Shown here in pieces: positions 12,794-26,210 of a stretch of 64,000 nucleotides of DNA. The notes beneath the pieces were generated by a model. The model was not told the origin of the DNA. It did not search any database and was given only the letters and a program-made list of their open reading frames with translations. Positions within the stretch are counted from its first letter, which is position 1; each line of letters opens with the position of its first letter. The position numbers and the translations under genes were made by a program. This DNA comes from Calcarisporiella thermophila CBS 279.70 (lineage: Eukaryota > Fungi > Calcarisporiellomycota): NCBI RefSeq assembly GCF_041956535.1, contig NW_027192198.1, forward strand, positions 628,714 through 692,713, read 5' to 3'.

Positions 12794-15546
12794 CTAGAGG
12801 CCCAAAAAACTCATCAGACGATTCCACTTAAACTGTTCATCATTCAAATCGGAACTTGTGCCCTTCACAAAGTCTAGGGAAGGGGGTCGTTGACGTAAGA
12901 GCCGAAGACGACATGATCGCAATAATATAAATATCTGCGTAGTTCTAACAGCATCTACAACATTGGAATTTACAGTACTGAGAGACTGCCCTGCTGAAGC
13001 AGATGTGCTTGCTGAGCCGGCTGGCTCATAGCTTGCGTAGGTTGGTTTGACGAGTTCACCGTCAAACAAAAACATCTCCGCAAGCCGCTCGCCGGTTACT
13101 TTTAACTCTTGAACGGCACGATCGATTCGATTCAAAAACGAGATGGACAGGACTGAGCGATCCGAAAACGTATCACGTAACTTCAAGTGGAAGTACAGCT
13201 CTGCCTCTTGGAGCTTTTTGAGTTGTTCGGAGGGGAGACATGGCTCCGTGCCCTGGAAATAAACCAGTTCGAGGAGAAGTTCTGCCGCCATCTATGCCAC
13301 GAAATAAATCAAGATTCATTGAAGCATGGTTTTGAAAGAACCTAAACATATCGTACATACTTGAATCGTGATCATCCTGAAGATTGCCGAGGAATGACAC
13401 AAAATATGCACCAAGTATGAAATCAGCTCATCTCTCCTCCTGGGCTCTTCTCCCTTGTCTTTTTCCATATCCTTTGGCAGCTTCTGCTTCACATCCTCGA
13501 CTATGTCCATTCCTGGAGATGCTTTAATTTCTTCGGAACTATACTGTTCCAAGCTCTGCCTAATAGATGGTCTTGGTGGAAGCGGAGGGGGTTCCAATCC
13601 TTCATATGGATCGAAAACAACGGAGAAGCCGCTCCGGCTACTAAATGAGCGGGTTGAGTCTGTGGAGGTGCGCCGTCCATCAGAAAGATTCTCGGCGCTA
13701 GGGCTTGTGAGAGTATCAAGGATGCGGCGGGCTCGGAAAAGCTTTTGAGGGTAAATATCAGTCTTGATGAGTGTATTGGCCTTTGCACCTATAATCGAAG
13801 GAGAGTAATAAATGGATTTTTTTTAGCATGGTGTATGAAGTAGACTATGGGGTTGATAGTACCTTGGTTCCGGCAAGCTAGGTATATTAAGCAAAGTGCT
13901 GGCAGGACATTCAAGTCTGACTCAGATGGCATTAAAAAGTCAATGATTGCATCTCTATATATATTACTAAGGTAAAATAAAATAAAAATAATAAAAATGA
14001 ATTGAGAAATAGTAGCAATCGTTTCGGGGAGCATTTGTAATACCTTTGACCGAATTCTCTATTGATTCCTGAAGTAGCGAAAAGTAAACGAATGGTTTTG
14101 CCGATCAGAGGAGGGTATTTGATAATGTGGAAGATATGAGAGAGTAGCCAGAGGGAAATGACAGGTCCAATAGGGGGTTTCTAAATTTGCGTATAGATAC
14201 GTATAAACATGAGCGAAAATAAGTAATTAAGCATTTAGCGATGAGCATCCCCCAATTTCTAACCTCGGTATTGCCTAATAATTCAGGCTTCACCAGACCA
14301 TTAAGATAGAGTGGCAATATTAAATGGTCCACCATATGTAGATTAAGCACCTCATTAATCTTAGGAACTCCAAGGTTGATAATATCGTTGACGTAATATA
14401 AACAATCGCCATGTTCGGCGAGAAAATACGAAATCCTAGAGATTTTTCCAGGCGAGCTAATAAAAAACCCAGCTGCTCAGTATCGGCCATAAAATGGAGG
14501 AAAGCTTCTTATTATAATATTTTTTAAAAAAAAGAGAGAAATGTTACCTATTCTGACTGTATAGATCTTCAAGCGAGACCCCATGATTACCAATGAACCA
14601 CATAAGATTGGAAAAATATGGTGCAGTAGAGTTATCCAGGATAAAATTTTGCATCCGCTCATCATTGACTATATCAAAGAGGAGGTTAAATAAAAATGGA
14701 GGTGGAGCAAGAGCAAGTTAAAAATCACCTCTGTAAACATTAAGCGTTATGGTGCGAACTGCCGCGCGGATCAAACTCTCCTCCGAATTAAAAAACTTGA
14801 TGGCCTCCGTATATAAGGGGAAATCGTCAAGATGCTTTCAAACCAAACGTCAGCGATTCCAAATTATCATGGTTAATAGATGAGGAGTGTGGCTTACTTC
14901 ATTGAAAAAGAAATGAATCGTATCCTTGTCGAGCTTAAAGGAGAGGGTGCGTAAAAAATAGATGAAGTATGCAAGAATCTCGTCGACAGAGAAATCGAAC
15001 TTGTGGCATATTATTTGATTTACATAGTTGTTCGAGAGCAGAAAGTCTAGTAAAATATTGGACAAGAATTCATAAAGATAAAGAGTAAGTTAGAGACATG
15101 CCCTATATAGATGAGCGGAGAGGAATTGCCTGGACACATACAAAATACTGTTGGATCTCTGATGTTTTCAAACAGAATATTTAACGTCTGTAATATCTGG
15201 ACAATAAGATTCGGCGATCGGCGCTCTTCAAACAATTTCAGGAAATACCAATGAACGTTTTTTTCGAAGAACCATCTACCATTTAATGCATTAGAAGCGA
15301 GTGAGTATGATCAGCAGCTTCTAAACAAAGATCTGTAAATGGAAAAAACTACTCGAGGAGGTCCGGATTATTATTCTGATCACCCCACACGAGCAACTGC
15401 GTAATCTCTTTGAGCGTGTCAATAATCTGACCCTCATGCGTCTTGGGGGGGTAGCGCTCTAAACTATCACATAACTCTTTGAGGTGATCTAGCGAATACT
15501 TTTCATATTTAGGCCACAACATCAGTTCCGCCCATTTCGGCCACAT
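12794..15546 (-). CDS. CLEC16A: CLEC16A/TT9/GOP-1 homologue (FPL domain), multi-exon
   Basis: [88 protein letters not shown]. The apparent frame change near 13300 is explained by an intron (about 13292-13360). Confidence 0.92.
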
Positions 15547-16816
15547 AGACCTGGAGTGATAGTGCGGAGTGTAAGTAAATGGGTTGCAATCGTTTGCTAC
15601 GGTATGGCTACCTTCATATATGTGAAACCTACGAAGATACCAACTTGTGATGTGGCTTTTAATTTTACACTTCCGGGAACTTCCAGGTAAATTGTGTCTT
15701 AGTAGATGACCTTTGTTATCACCTTAGCTTAATAGACTCACCATACGTCACTTTGGAGTCGCGTATTTTCAGCGGCTCCTATTTTTTCACTAATAACTCC
15801 ACTAACTGCTAACCATTTTTCTATTAACCATCATAGGCAAAATACCTATGAATATTTGAGCACGATTTGCTCCACTTTGAGCCACCGTGTATCTTGTTAA
15901 GCAACACGGAGTGCCCGCATAATAGAGGACTAGTTTTTTTTTTTAAAAAACCAAGCTTAGAGACGCTTTCCGATATTTCAGAAATGGGAACACTCGTTTT
16001 CTTGAATTGCCTTTTACTCCATATTAAGAATAGACAACAGTTGATGTGTCAAATCCCTCAATAGAGTTCCTTATCTAGACTTGCTTATTCCCCAATACGG
16101 GCAGTTGACAGAGGTTGACATGGTAGATTGAGGGTGGCTCCACTAGGTGTTTATGCCCATGCTCTCAAAACGGTTGTGCCCATATGTGATAGGCCACTTT
16201 TCAGCTCAGAATATCCATATTGGCCAAAAATAAAAAATATTTGACGTGGAAATCTTGGACATTATGACTGTACACTTTGCACGTCATACTAAATATTCAA
16301 TGAGACAATAAACAAATGTATGAGTAAACAGTAGCCAATAATTTCCTTTCGATCACATTGCACCTTACAGGTCGCGGTTGTTAGATTGTTGTATTAACGA
16401 TGTACAGAGGATGCGGATACATGAGAGCATAAGGCAGATTTGCGGTTCCTAAACTTCAATGTATGCTGTCATGCTGGACTTCGTGAACGAATTGTGATGG
16501 GGAAGAATTGAAACGGTGAATAGAATGATCGGCAGCTTGCTGTTATTTTCTATTGCTACACTTCGCGTTTATTTAACCACAATAATTCTGACGTGGCCTG
16601 AATGTTATCATTATTAATCCTGGCACCATATTAATTTTGTTACACAATTGGTTAAAAAAATTTTTGGTCCGATGATAAAATGAATGATTATTAATGAATC
16701 TAGTAAATTTTATTTGGGCTTTGAATGCAAAACTATATATAAAACTCTTCAGAATACCTTTCGCAAAACAACAATCACATCGAAAGATATATAACAATTG
16801 AATCAAATAATATAAC

Positions 16817-17262
16817 ATGCCTCACTTTTTTGTCCCTGCACCCCAAAAAACACTCACGTATCCCCTTCACAAAGACTCTGTTGTCTATTTCGAAGGCAAT
16901 GGGTATACGGTCAAAGTGAACAATCGTCGGCGCGTTATGCACCAATTCACGTCCTTCCCTGATCAAAAGGAAATAAAAAATTTTCGCCTAAATAGCGTGG
17001 GACGTGAAGGATCCTTTGCTGTCAGTTCGCAGGTGTATTCGTCCTATTCAGCTATTCGGTAATGAATGAATCGCTGGATTTGAACACTCCCCAAAAGCAT
17101 ATCGAGTATGCTCTCAGGCAATGCCTCTTTAATCTGAGCGACTTGGTGTATTCTCGTGATATTCTGAGCACATCCCGTCGTTTGCGTCAATCCGCAATAT
17201 CGTTGCGCTTCTCTCAAAGTGCTTACGTTCAAAAGCTGGGAGCTCTGTTATCTCATCTGTAA
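16817..17262 (+). pseudogene. Intronless hypothetical protein split into two ORFs (81 aa + 66 aa) by an apparent frameshift, overlapping at TAATG
   Basis: ORF1 stop TAA (17060-62) overlaps ORF2 ATG (17062). Both have globular, protein-like composition in an otherwise AT-rich intergenic region. AATAAA lies downstream at about 17381. Confidence 0.55.
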
Positions 17263-18055
17263 CTTCATAGTGTTCATTCTGTAGATCATCCGTATCATTG
17301 ACTAAGAGTCTCCCCCTATTTTCCACCTCTATATCAATATTATTGTTACATCATTATTATTCCCTCATACAATTCATGTCAATAAAAATGAATGTGTCCC
17401 TCAAAAAAACAAATTAATATTTCATATTACTTTAAAGGTTGCGGACAGTGCGCAAGTGATTTGAAAAGCACCAGTGGATCATTCCATCCATAGCGGTGCG
17501 GAGAGGATCCATTGTCCAATGGAAGCGACTAAGCGAGGCCAACGAATGAGCGTGAGTGCCGGGCGGTTTCTGCGATTTATTCCCTATGAAAAATCAGGAG
17601 GGGATAAATGCCCCCTTTTCCTTCCGATCATGGAAAGGTGGAGAACCATATAGCCCAGTTATTAGATAGAGGAGGACCGATCCAATGAAGATGTAGGGTG
17701 GCCGAAATTAAATAAAACATCGAAAAAAAAAATTGTTCTACTCATGAGAAATTTATGATGCCATCCCGCCATTTTCTATACTAGTTTTCAGGCTCGGGGA
17801 TTAAACGCAGCGAAATTCGGTAGAATGCGGAACTGTCAAAATAGAATTTAAGGGCGCATCAAAATGTCTTGAATCACATGGCTCTGGGGATTGATATATC
17901 TCCTCGAGTCCTTTTCTCTCCTCTCTCCTAGGTTCTTCTCTCTTGCTTCTACTCCACACAGCTGCGTCCTGATTCCCTCCTCACTCTCTGTTTTTCCATC
18001 GCTCTTCTCCAACTTCCCCTTCGTTTTGTCCACTTAGTTACAATAGAGGCCGAGA

Positions 18056-19102
18056 ATGTCACAGCAAGGACAAAGAAAATCCCTCTCTACGCACCTTCTT
18101 GCAGGCGGTTGTGCCGGGTTAGCTGAGGCGTGCGTGTGCCACCCCCTGGACACAATCAAAGTACGTATGCAGCTGGCAAAATCGGGCCGTGGTGCACAGT
18201 CGATGCAAAGACTGGGGTTTATCGGGGTAGGTGCGGCCATCGTCAAAAAGGAGTCGCCGCTTGCCCTGTACAAAGGGCTAGGCGCGGTAGTCTCTGGGAT
18301 TGTGCCCAAGATGGCCATTCGCTTCTCCAGCTTTGAGCTGTATAAGGAGCTGCTGGCCAATAAGGAGACTGGCAAACCTTCGACGTTGGCGACCTTTTTT
18401 GGTAAGTTTAGGGCGAATGCTTTAGAGTTTCCGGTGAGGATTAAGCTCCAAGTGCTAATGACGTTTGTTTGAATGTTAGCTGGGCTTTCTGCTGGTGTGA
18501 CTGAAGCAGTCTTGGTAGTAACGCCCATGGAGGTGGTGAAAATCCGGCTTCAAGCGCAGCGCCATTCCATGACCGACCCCCTCGATATTCCGAAGTATCG
18601 CAATGCTGGCCATGCCGCCTTCTTGATTGTTAAAGAAGAGGGACTTGGGGCGCTCTACAAGGGTGTCACCCTTACGGCGCTTCGCCAGGCCACCAACCAA
18701 GCCGTGAACTTTACCGTTTACCAGGAGGTGAAAAAGCTTCTACACAAGCTGCAGCCCCAGTACGAGGAGCTGCCATCCTACCAGCACCTGATCGTGGGCG
18801 GGCTCTCGGGCGCGCTTGGTCCAATGTCCAATGCACCCATTGACACCATCAAGACAAGGATCCAAAAGAGCCGGGATCTAACCAAGGAGAATGGATGGAC
18901 CCGCTTCCAACGAGTGACTCTACACATCCTTCGAAATGAGGGCTGGAGAGCATTCTACAAAGGGCTGACACCCCGTTTGCTCCGTGTGGCACCGGGTCAG
19001 GCCATCACCTTCATGGTGTATGAGAAAGTGAAGAGCTGGATCGACGTCTGGAATGAAACGGGCGAGAGCTTGATGAGTAGAGTGAAGGGAAAGCTCGAAT
19101 AA
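18056..19102 (+). CDS. SFC1: Mitochondrial succinate-fumarate carrier
   Basis: Three PX[DE]XXK carrier motifs; GIVPKMAIRF, RQATNQAVNF, RVAPGQAITF. Intron 18402-18479. Confidence 0.95.
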
Positions 19103-19460
19103 CACGCCATGATTTCTAGAGATTTTTATTTTATCGCTATAATCCATTATTTATTTTCCATCCTTAGAGCCAAGGATGGTGAGAACTATTGTTATATACA
19201 TACACCTACATGACTCTTCTCCCTTCGAATTGTTTTTTTAAATATCGTGTTTGATACTCTGTTTGGCGAAAACATCAATAATTTACCATATTTCTTAGAC
19301 TTACTTAGACTTGCATTGTATTTAGAGTGAGGGGGGAGGGAAGGGGGCGAAAATAAGAGTAAAGTATAATATGAATTAAATCAACTGAATAAGAATACTG
19401 TTTATTATTCGTGCAGAAAGATGATGCCAATGAATAATGAGTAAAGCATCCGCTCCCAAG

Positions 19461-20671
19461 CTAACTTTGATCCATCTCATCTTTTGCCTCCTCTCTCCGA
19501 TCCTCTTTGCCTCCCTCCATTCTCGCCAAATCATCCTCAGCCTTTCTCTTCCCGTTTCGCTTTTCAGTGGGTGCTCCTTTGCCCAATTTCCACTCCTCCT
19601 CTGGTTTTAAGTCTTTAAGAGGTGCCGCGCCTACCACGGCTCGGTATGTATTCCTTCGTGTTTCCGCTCTAAGTATCACAGCTCTTCCGTTGGCAGCAAC
19701 GCAATCCTTTGCGGTGGCTTGATTTAGCCCGAAAAGTGCCCCAAGGTTAATGACATCGTATGGGCCCCGGAGCTCAAGGGCACGCTGAGCTTCACTACTG
19801 AGGATAAGATTTTTCCCGTGGGTGACTCGGACGAGAGCCTGGGCATTGCTTATAAGATGTCTTCGTGCAGAGTTATCTATTTGTCCAAAGAAGTGAAGAA
19901 GAGTTTTAGAGAGAGAATAGGCGCATTTTAGGTTGGGAAAGTCACATACCGCGAATGGCGCCCCCATACCCAATTTCGAAATAGATCCCGCGATCAATTG
20001 CCTGCCCAACGGTCGTGTGCTTTAAGTAGAAAGGGAGTCTAGTAGAGAGATCCAGTGTAATTATGTCAATTTCCAGGGTGGAACATGCGTGTTGGAAACC
20101 TTTCTCTGTCGTAGGTTTAACGGCCAGTAAATCATAGGATTGAGCAAGCGCGTTTGTACTTGTCTAGCAAGTCAATAACAATAGTCAGCGGGGGGATGGA
20201 GCAGAGGGAAAAGCACAGCGACATCTACCAAGCCATAGTTATGATTGCTCTCTTCAACAGTGACCGTTAACCGCGTAAGCTGTCGTATAGATCTTTCGTA
20301 GTTTGCAGTGTCCACTTTTTTTACTGGGTTTGCATTCTAACGAGATATAATGCATTATTATACTTGAGAGGGGCAAACTCTCATCAAGTTTCATCTTTAC
20401 CCCACCACTAGTCGGCACTTTCCCGGTCATAGCATAATTGAGCGCCACAACGTCGTAGCCAACTATCCAAGGGCAGTGGAGACATCGTTAACCACCAAAA
20501 TCAATTATTCTTATTGAATGTAGAGAGTGAAACAAGCTCTAGCAAAAACCAAATCATATTATTAGGCCTTGAGGTCCACTTACGATGACTTGCAAGTTTG
20601 ACACTCTGTTGGACATCGTCTGAAGGTGCCCCTTTGCTTGTTGAGTATAATATGTTTAAATCGCAAAACAT
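19461..20671 (-). CDS. RPP1: RNase P/MRP subunit p30 (Rpp1/RPP30)
   Basis: MFCDLNI start, YDVVALNY, YDLLAVKPTTEK, RRHLISNA, ILSSEA..ALELRGPYDVINL..LFGL. Confidence 0.92.
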
Positions 20672-20874
20672 TCCACTCAATCTTTACATTTCGCTATTGC
20701 CTCGAGACTGCATTATTTAAGCAGGCAGTCACATTCACCTGCGCCGTCCGCGGGAACAACCCGTATTCAATTTCACATGGATTATTACTATAACTACACC
20801 TCCATTCCTAGCAATCCTTGACCCGAATCCTCGCCTGAAGTTATTACTTTTTCTTTAAGAATTTGCAAAGTATT

Positions 20875-22391
20875 ATGGGTAAAGTTTACGTGGTATGTGG
20901 ATGATATTTCCCATTTCTATTATCAGGACGAATTAATGAGAGTTGGCTGGCTGCTTACAGATCGGTGTCGGTATGACAAAGTTCCTCAAGCCTAGAGGCG
21001 AGGTGGATTATCCAGGTGTGCAAATTAGCAGGATATATTTCTAGGGTTGCTTTTGATTAATTTTTCCGTTTCTGCTTAGAAATGGGCCTGGAGGCTGCTG
21101 TCAAAGCGCTAAACGACGCCAACATTAGTTATGACCAGGTTCAGCAGGCGTTTGTCGGCTACGTCTATGGCGACAGCACGTGTGGACAACGTGCACTCTA
21201 TCAGCTTGGAATGTCGCAGATTCCCATCACCAATGTGAACAATAACTGCTCTACTGGGTCAACAGCGTTATTCAACGCGCGTCAGTTAGTGGAATCGGGT
21301 GCATTGGATTGTGCTCTTGCATTGGGTTTCGAGAAGATGGAAAGGGGTTCCCTGGGCTCAAAGTATGAGGATCGAACGAATCCAATGGGTGAGTCTACAT
21401 GGCCCTACGGGGTTGGGAGAAAAACGTAGTTGCCCTAACATTTCCTCCCTTTCGGTTAGATCTCCACGTTGGAAACCTCATTGAAATGTGCGGCTTTGAG
21501 CCTAAGGCCCCGATAGCGGCCCAAATTTTCGGCAATGCTGGTGAGGAGTATATTAAGAAGTTTGGAGCACGTCCAGAACATCTTGCCAAGATTGCGGAGA
21601 AAAACCATCGCCACTCCGCGCTTAACCCATACTCTCAGTTCCGCGACATCTACACTCTGGAACAGGTGCTCAGCTCGCCGAAAGTGTTTGCCTCATTGAC
21701 CAAACTTCAGTGCTGCCCGACCTCGGACGGTGCTGCGTGTGTCATTCTAGCGTCGGAAAGATTTGTGAAGCAGCATGGCTTGCAAGACCGAGCCGTCGAG
21801 ATACTGGGGCAGGCCATGGCGACAGACTCCTACAAAGCGTTCGAAAAGAGTGCCATAGAGGTGGCGGGTTACGATATGACAAAGCATGCCGCGGAAGAGG
21901 TGTACAAGCGGAGTGGCGTCTCTCCCCAGGATGTCCAAGTGGTGGAGCTCCATGACTGCTTCTCCGCCAACGAGCTTATCACATACGATGCCCTTGGACT
22001 GTGTCCCCATGGGCAGGCCCATGTCCTTGTGGACAAGGGCGACACGACCTATGGCGGCAAGTACGTGGTGAATCCGTCGGGTGGGCTTATTTCCAAGGGC
22101 CATCCTCTCGGGGCGACCGGACTGGCGCAGTGTGCGGAGTTGACGTGGCAGTTGCGTGGATGGTGCGGGGATCGTCAGGTGAAGCAGGTGAAACACGCTC
22201 TACAGCATAACATTGGGCTTGGAGGGGCTGCTGTGGTGACTCTGTATGGGCTCCCTCCATTCTTCCAGCGAGGCGACGATCCCGTGAAACGGTTGGGATA
22301 CAACCCAGCCGTGGAGGCTCGGCCCATCTCTGAAGCCGAATTACAGAAAGCGGTGTCGAAGCAGAAATTGCAACTCAGCGCCAACCTTTGA
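20875..22391 (+). CDS. Peroxisomal SCP2-type (SCPx) thiolase lacking the SCP2 domain
   Basis: [56 protein letters not shown]-terminal ANL is PTS1-like. Confidence 0.95.
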
Positions 22392-22906
22392 GAGGTAGGG
22401 GGAGGGGTGGTTCCCGTCTAGTTTTATTTTCGCCTGTATTTCTTGATGTATCTTTGCTCGTCTACTCCTAATCACAGCTTGGTTTATTATTAAAGTATAT
22501 GATGCCAGTTCTAGTCTATCGATAATTTCTCTATTTGGGATGCAAAGGGGGAGGATGAATTGCAAGTTTGACCAAAAGGAGAAGGATATATCTTTTGGAG
22601 AAGCGGGCCAATCTCGAGAAGAGAGAGAAAACGAAAAAAGCAGACAAGCGAGAAAGAAAAAGGAGACAGACATATATACAAGGTAAATAAAAAGGAGGCG
22701 AAATACCAAGAGACAGACGGAAAAAAAAACAAAGAGACGAAAAAAAGAAAAACAAGACCAATCTAGATAATAAAAAGGGATGCAATGCTAGCATCGTACA
22801 TAGGATAAATAAATGATACTTGTGGTGGTAGGTTTTCTCTGAGCAATGGTGATCACAGAAAAAAACAGATAGTAGTGATAAGAAAATTCGAGGACAAGGG
22901 AGCTTT

Positions 22907-23863
22907 TCAATTTTCGTCCATGGGCGCCCAACTCAATCCTGCCGTCGCAGGCTCCCCGCTAGACGATCCGGAATGCGAATAGGGGTGGTAGTGGGTCAGC
23001 GACTTGCGCCGTGTTCGGCCAGGATGGTATTTTGGGTTGGTAAGACCTGGGATGGAAACATGAGATGCCAGGGGGGTCGAAGGCGAAGTGACCGAGCTGG
23101 CGCTCTCGGGGGAGAACGAGGGCATCGAGGTCTCATTTCGGGGGGACGACTCCGATGGGAGCAAGTTTCTCCTCGACATCGCAGCAACGGTGGGATTTGC
23201 GGTTTGAGCGGGATGAGACGGTGCGATCGTAGCAGGCATGTGGGTGGATGAGGAGGGATAGAGAGCGGAGGGCACCAGTTCGGAGAGAGCATCGTAGGAG
23301 CTCTGTAAAGCGGCACGAGCCAAGAGTTGTTCTCCGTAGCTCTGTAGCTCTTCGTTGGGCACATAGAGGTCAAAGTTGCAAAGGAAAAGAAACTCCAGCT
23401 CCAGCTGATTGAGCTCGAGCAGAGACACGCCGCCGACCTACACACAGTTACGGTTGAGTGAAATCCAAGCATGATAGGGACGTAAGCGGGCGGTATTTAC
23501 CTTGGCATATCGAGTGTTCGGGTAAAACAAATCAGAGGTATACTTTGATGCCACCACAATGGCCGCTATTAAGAGCCGGTGAACGTTGTATGAGTTGATT
23601 ATGAATCCTTGGTTGCTCCTGTTCTCGGCAATGCGATCGAAGTACACCAGCACCGAAAGAAGGGCCTCGTTGGGGAATGGAGCAAACTTTAGGATGCGTG
23701 CGAGGTAGGCATGGACAGAAATGGAGGGGATGGCGCGAGAGTGGAAGTGAGTGATAGATGTGGGCGAGAGCGAGTTGTTGGCTTTAAGTATGCATTCGAG
23801 TAGAGATGACACAAGCTTGACGGTGGAAGAGACGGGGAAGGTGGCGAGATCGAAGGGGGCCAT
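22907..23863 (-). CDS. Pho80/PCL-family cyclin
   Basis: FHSRAIPSISVHAYLARI, NVHRLLIAAIVVASKY.SD.FY.N.RYAKVGGVSLLELNQLELEFL. One intron near 23438-23500. Confidence 0.93.
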
Positions 23864-24850
23864 TGTAATTGGAGTGTAGCGAGAAGTGTAAATGGATCCC
23901 CCCGAGAAGATGGGCGGAGGCGGGGAATTCGGGGAAGGCTAATGCGGGACGGGTAGCAAGGGCCAGGTTGTGAATTGGTAAACTGGGTTGTGTCTGATGA
24001 GAATTCTCGTTGATGCCCGGGGGAATAAGTCACAGGAGGGAGCCGCTGGGGATGCTAAGAAGAAAAGCAGGGGGGAGGAAGAGGGAAGGGCTCGGCCAGG
24101 TATATGTAGTAAAGAAATGTAATTCAAAAAAAAAAGAAAGTATGCTGCAAGCGCAAGGTTGTCCACGCCGGAACAATGACTGGTGTCCAGTACTCTGGGG
24201 CGGGTGCAATAAAATTTGACTTTTACATATAGGTTTTAAATTGCTAATAAGTGCTCTTATGGATAATATCTAATTGCGTTACGTTGATCTCGCAGCGTTT
24301 CCGAATTCTCATCTTCTGAAATGTTCTTTTCCAATTACTATTGTAAGATGAAACATTGCCATTCTAATTTCGATTGAAACCGAGAGGAGAGGAAAAACCG
24401 TTCGCGTTGGGTATTTCTGAATGATACTTGTTGCCAATTATTCTGACATCATTTTTCTTTGTGCGTTACACACTGCAAAGAGAGTAATTCAATATGTGGT
24501 ATCGTATGGGCCTTAGTGGCCTAGTAAGCATGCCCATTGTCTAAAAAATTCCATTCTGATTCAATTGATGGACCGGAATGCTAGGCAATGATACAACAAT
24601 CTTGCCCGGCCTGGTCGGAGAGAGAATCAGTCTCGGTTCAGGTTTCCGACCCTTTCGATTGATTCGGTTTTTATTTTCCCTTCAGCCAAGCTTTGTTATT
24701 TATCACTTGAAATATTGAAAACGTTTTACTCCCAAGCTTCTCGAAAATATACATATTATCCCGTTACAGCCTTCTAATTCCGTTAAACTTTTATTTCGTT
24801 ATCTTAAGCTACGTCGCTCTTGATTTTGTCATCCATTCTTTTGTTTTATT

Positions 24851-26210
24851 ATGGCCACGCTCTTTCCATTCAGTGATTACACTGAAATTAGTAATACCTC
24901 CGCCACTTTACAAACTTCCTCTCAGAAAAAGAGGCCTGGCCGTAAACCCAACCCCAACTCTGCCGAACTTCGAAAGGCCCAAAATCGTGCAGCGCAGAGG
25001 GCTTTCCGCGAACGCCGTGAACGCCATCTTAAGGAACTTGAAGAGCAGCTGCAGAAACTGAGAGAGAGCGATGACCAGAGCAGCGTCAAGATCCGTTGCC
25101 TCAAAGCTATGGTCGACAACCTAGAGACAGAAAATCTGCTATTACGGCAGATTTCGCTGGGATTCATGCACATTATGAAGACAAACGAGATGCCATTGGA
25201 GAAACTGGATGAAAGCTTTGGCCAGCTATTTGGCGCTGGGGAAATGAAGCCATCGGAGTTTTTGCATTCGCTAGAGCTAACGGACGACTATCTACCAAAG
25301 GAATGTGGGTCCAGGGCTACGGCCGAAATGGATTCGGAGGTGGCGCGCAGTCTCTTCAACGGAGATGGCTTTTTGCCCCAGCTTATCCCTCCGAAAACCG
25401 AATATAACATGGACGTGGAGACAACTCCCATCACGCCCAACCTGCCGCTTGATTCCTCGCCACCTGGCGGTCTCTTCAATATGAATCAATTGCTTCCTCC
25501 CCTCTCGCTCGGATCTCCTGTCACCTCCAATGATGGCAGCGGAGACAACTCCTCACCAGAGCGCGACGTATGCGAACGAAATATGGTCGGAAGGTGTAAG
25601 TACCATTCCGGCAAACGCCTCTACGATCCCAACATCAACATGAATACGGTGGAAGCGGCCGCCATCATCGCAATGCGACTACGGAGCGGTACCGATATTC
25701 CGGAAACAGGAAAGCCTACCTATCTGCAAAAAACAGTACCACACGATGAGCGCATCGATATGGTGCCCTGCCCCCGCATGCGGTGAGTATTCTACTGCAC
25801 TCTGCTTGATCTCTCTATCCCCCGCGTTCTTTTCTTTCTCATTGACACGGAGTTCTGCGTAACTATGTTGGATCTAGGGACAAGCTAATCATGTTTGCTG
25901 GAAACTATGACATCGAGCATTTCTTTTCCGAGCTGATGAACACGGCAGTGTGCCACGGGGATCCACTGGTGCCCCAGTCTTGGGAAATTAGCGAGGGATT
26001 CTATGAAAAGTTCCCCTTCTTGCTCTGCCTCGACTGTCCAGACTCACTTCGTCGCATGATGAAGATTAAGATCAAGCGCGATCAAAAAACCCGCTTATTC
26101 GAGTCGCTCAGGGGACATCATCAAGGTGAGAAGGCGGGCCGCATTTTTGGGGTTGGACGTTTGAGATCGGCTGACATATTCTCTGTTGATTAGGTCCCCC
26201 TAGACACTAG
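24851..26210 (+). CDS. Yap-like bZIP transcription factor with C-terminal DUF3425-like domain
   Basis: RKAQNRAAQRAFRERRERHLKELE; PHDERIDMVPCPRMRDKLI and GDPLVPQSWEI. The end is 26193 if the last putative intron is unspliced, 26210 if spliced. Confidence 0.88.

Noticed and set aside
13173-13400. Apparent frameshift in CLEC16A
   Set aside because: Resolved by a canonical GTATGT...TAG intron.
16128-16203. Possible stem TGAGGGTGGC...GCCACTTTTCA
   Set aside because: Short, wobble-dependent, and no recognisable ncRNA boxes.
15600-17450. Transposon around the split ORF
   Set aside because: No terminal inverted repeats, target-site duplication or transposase motifs were found by eye.
23689-24033. 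Overlapping uORF of the cyclin
   Set aside because: It starts at GTG in pyrimidine-rich UTR sequence, with no coding signal.
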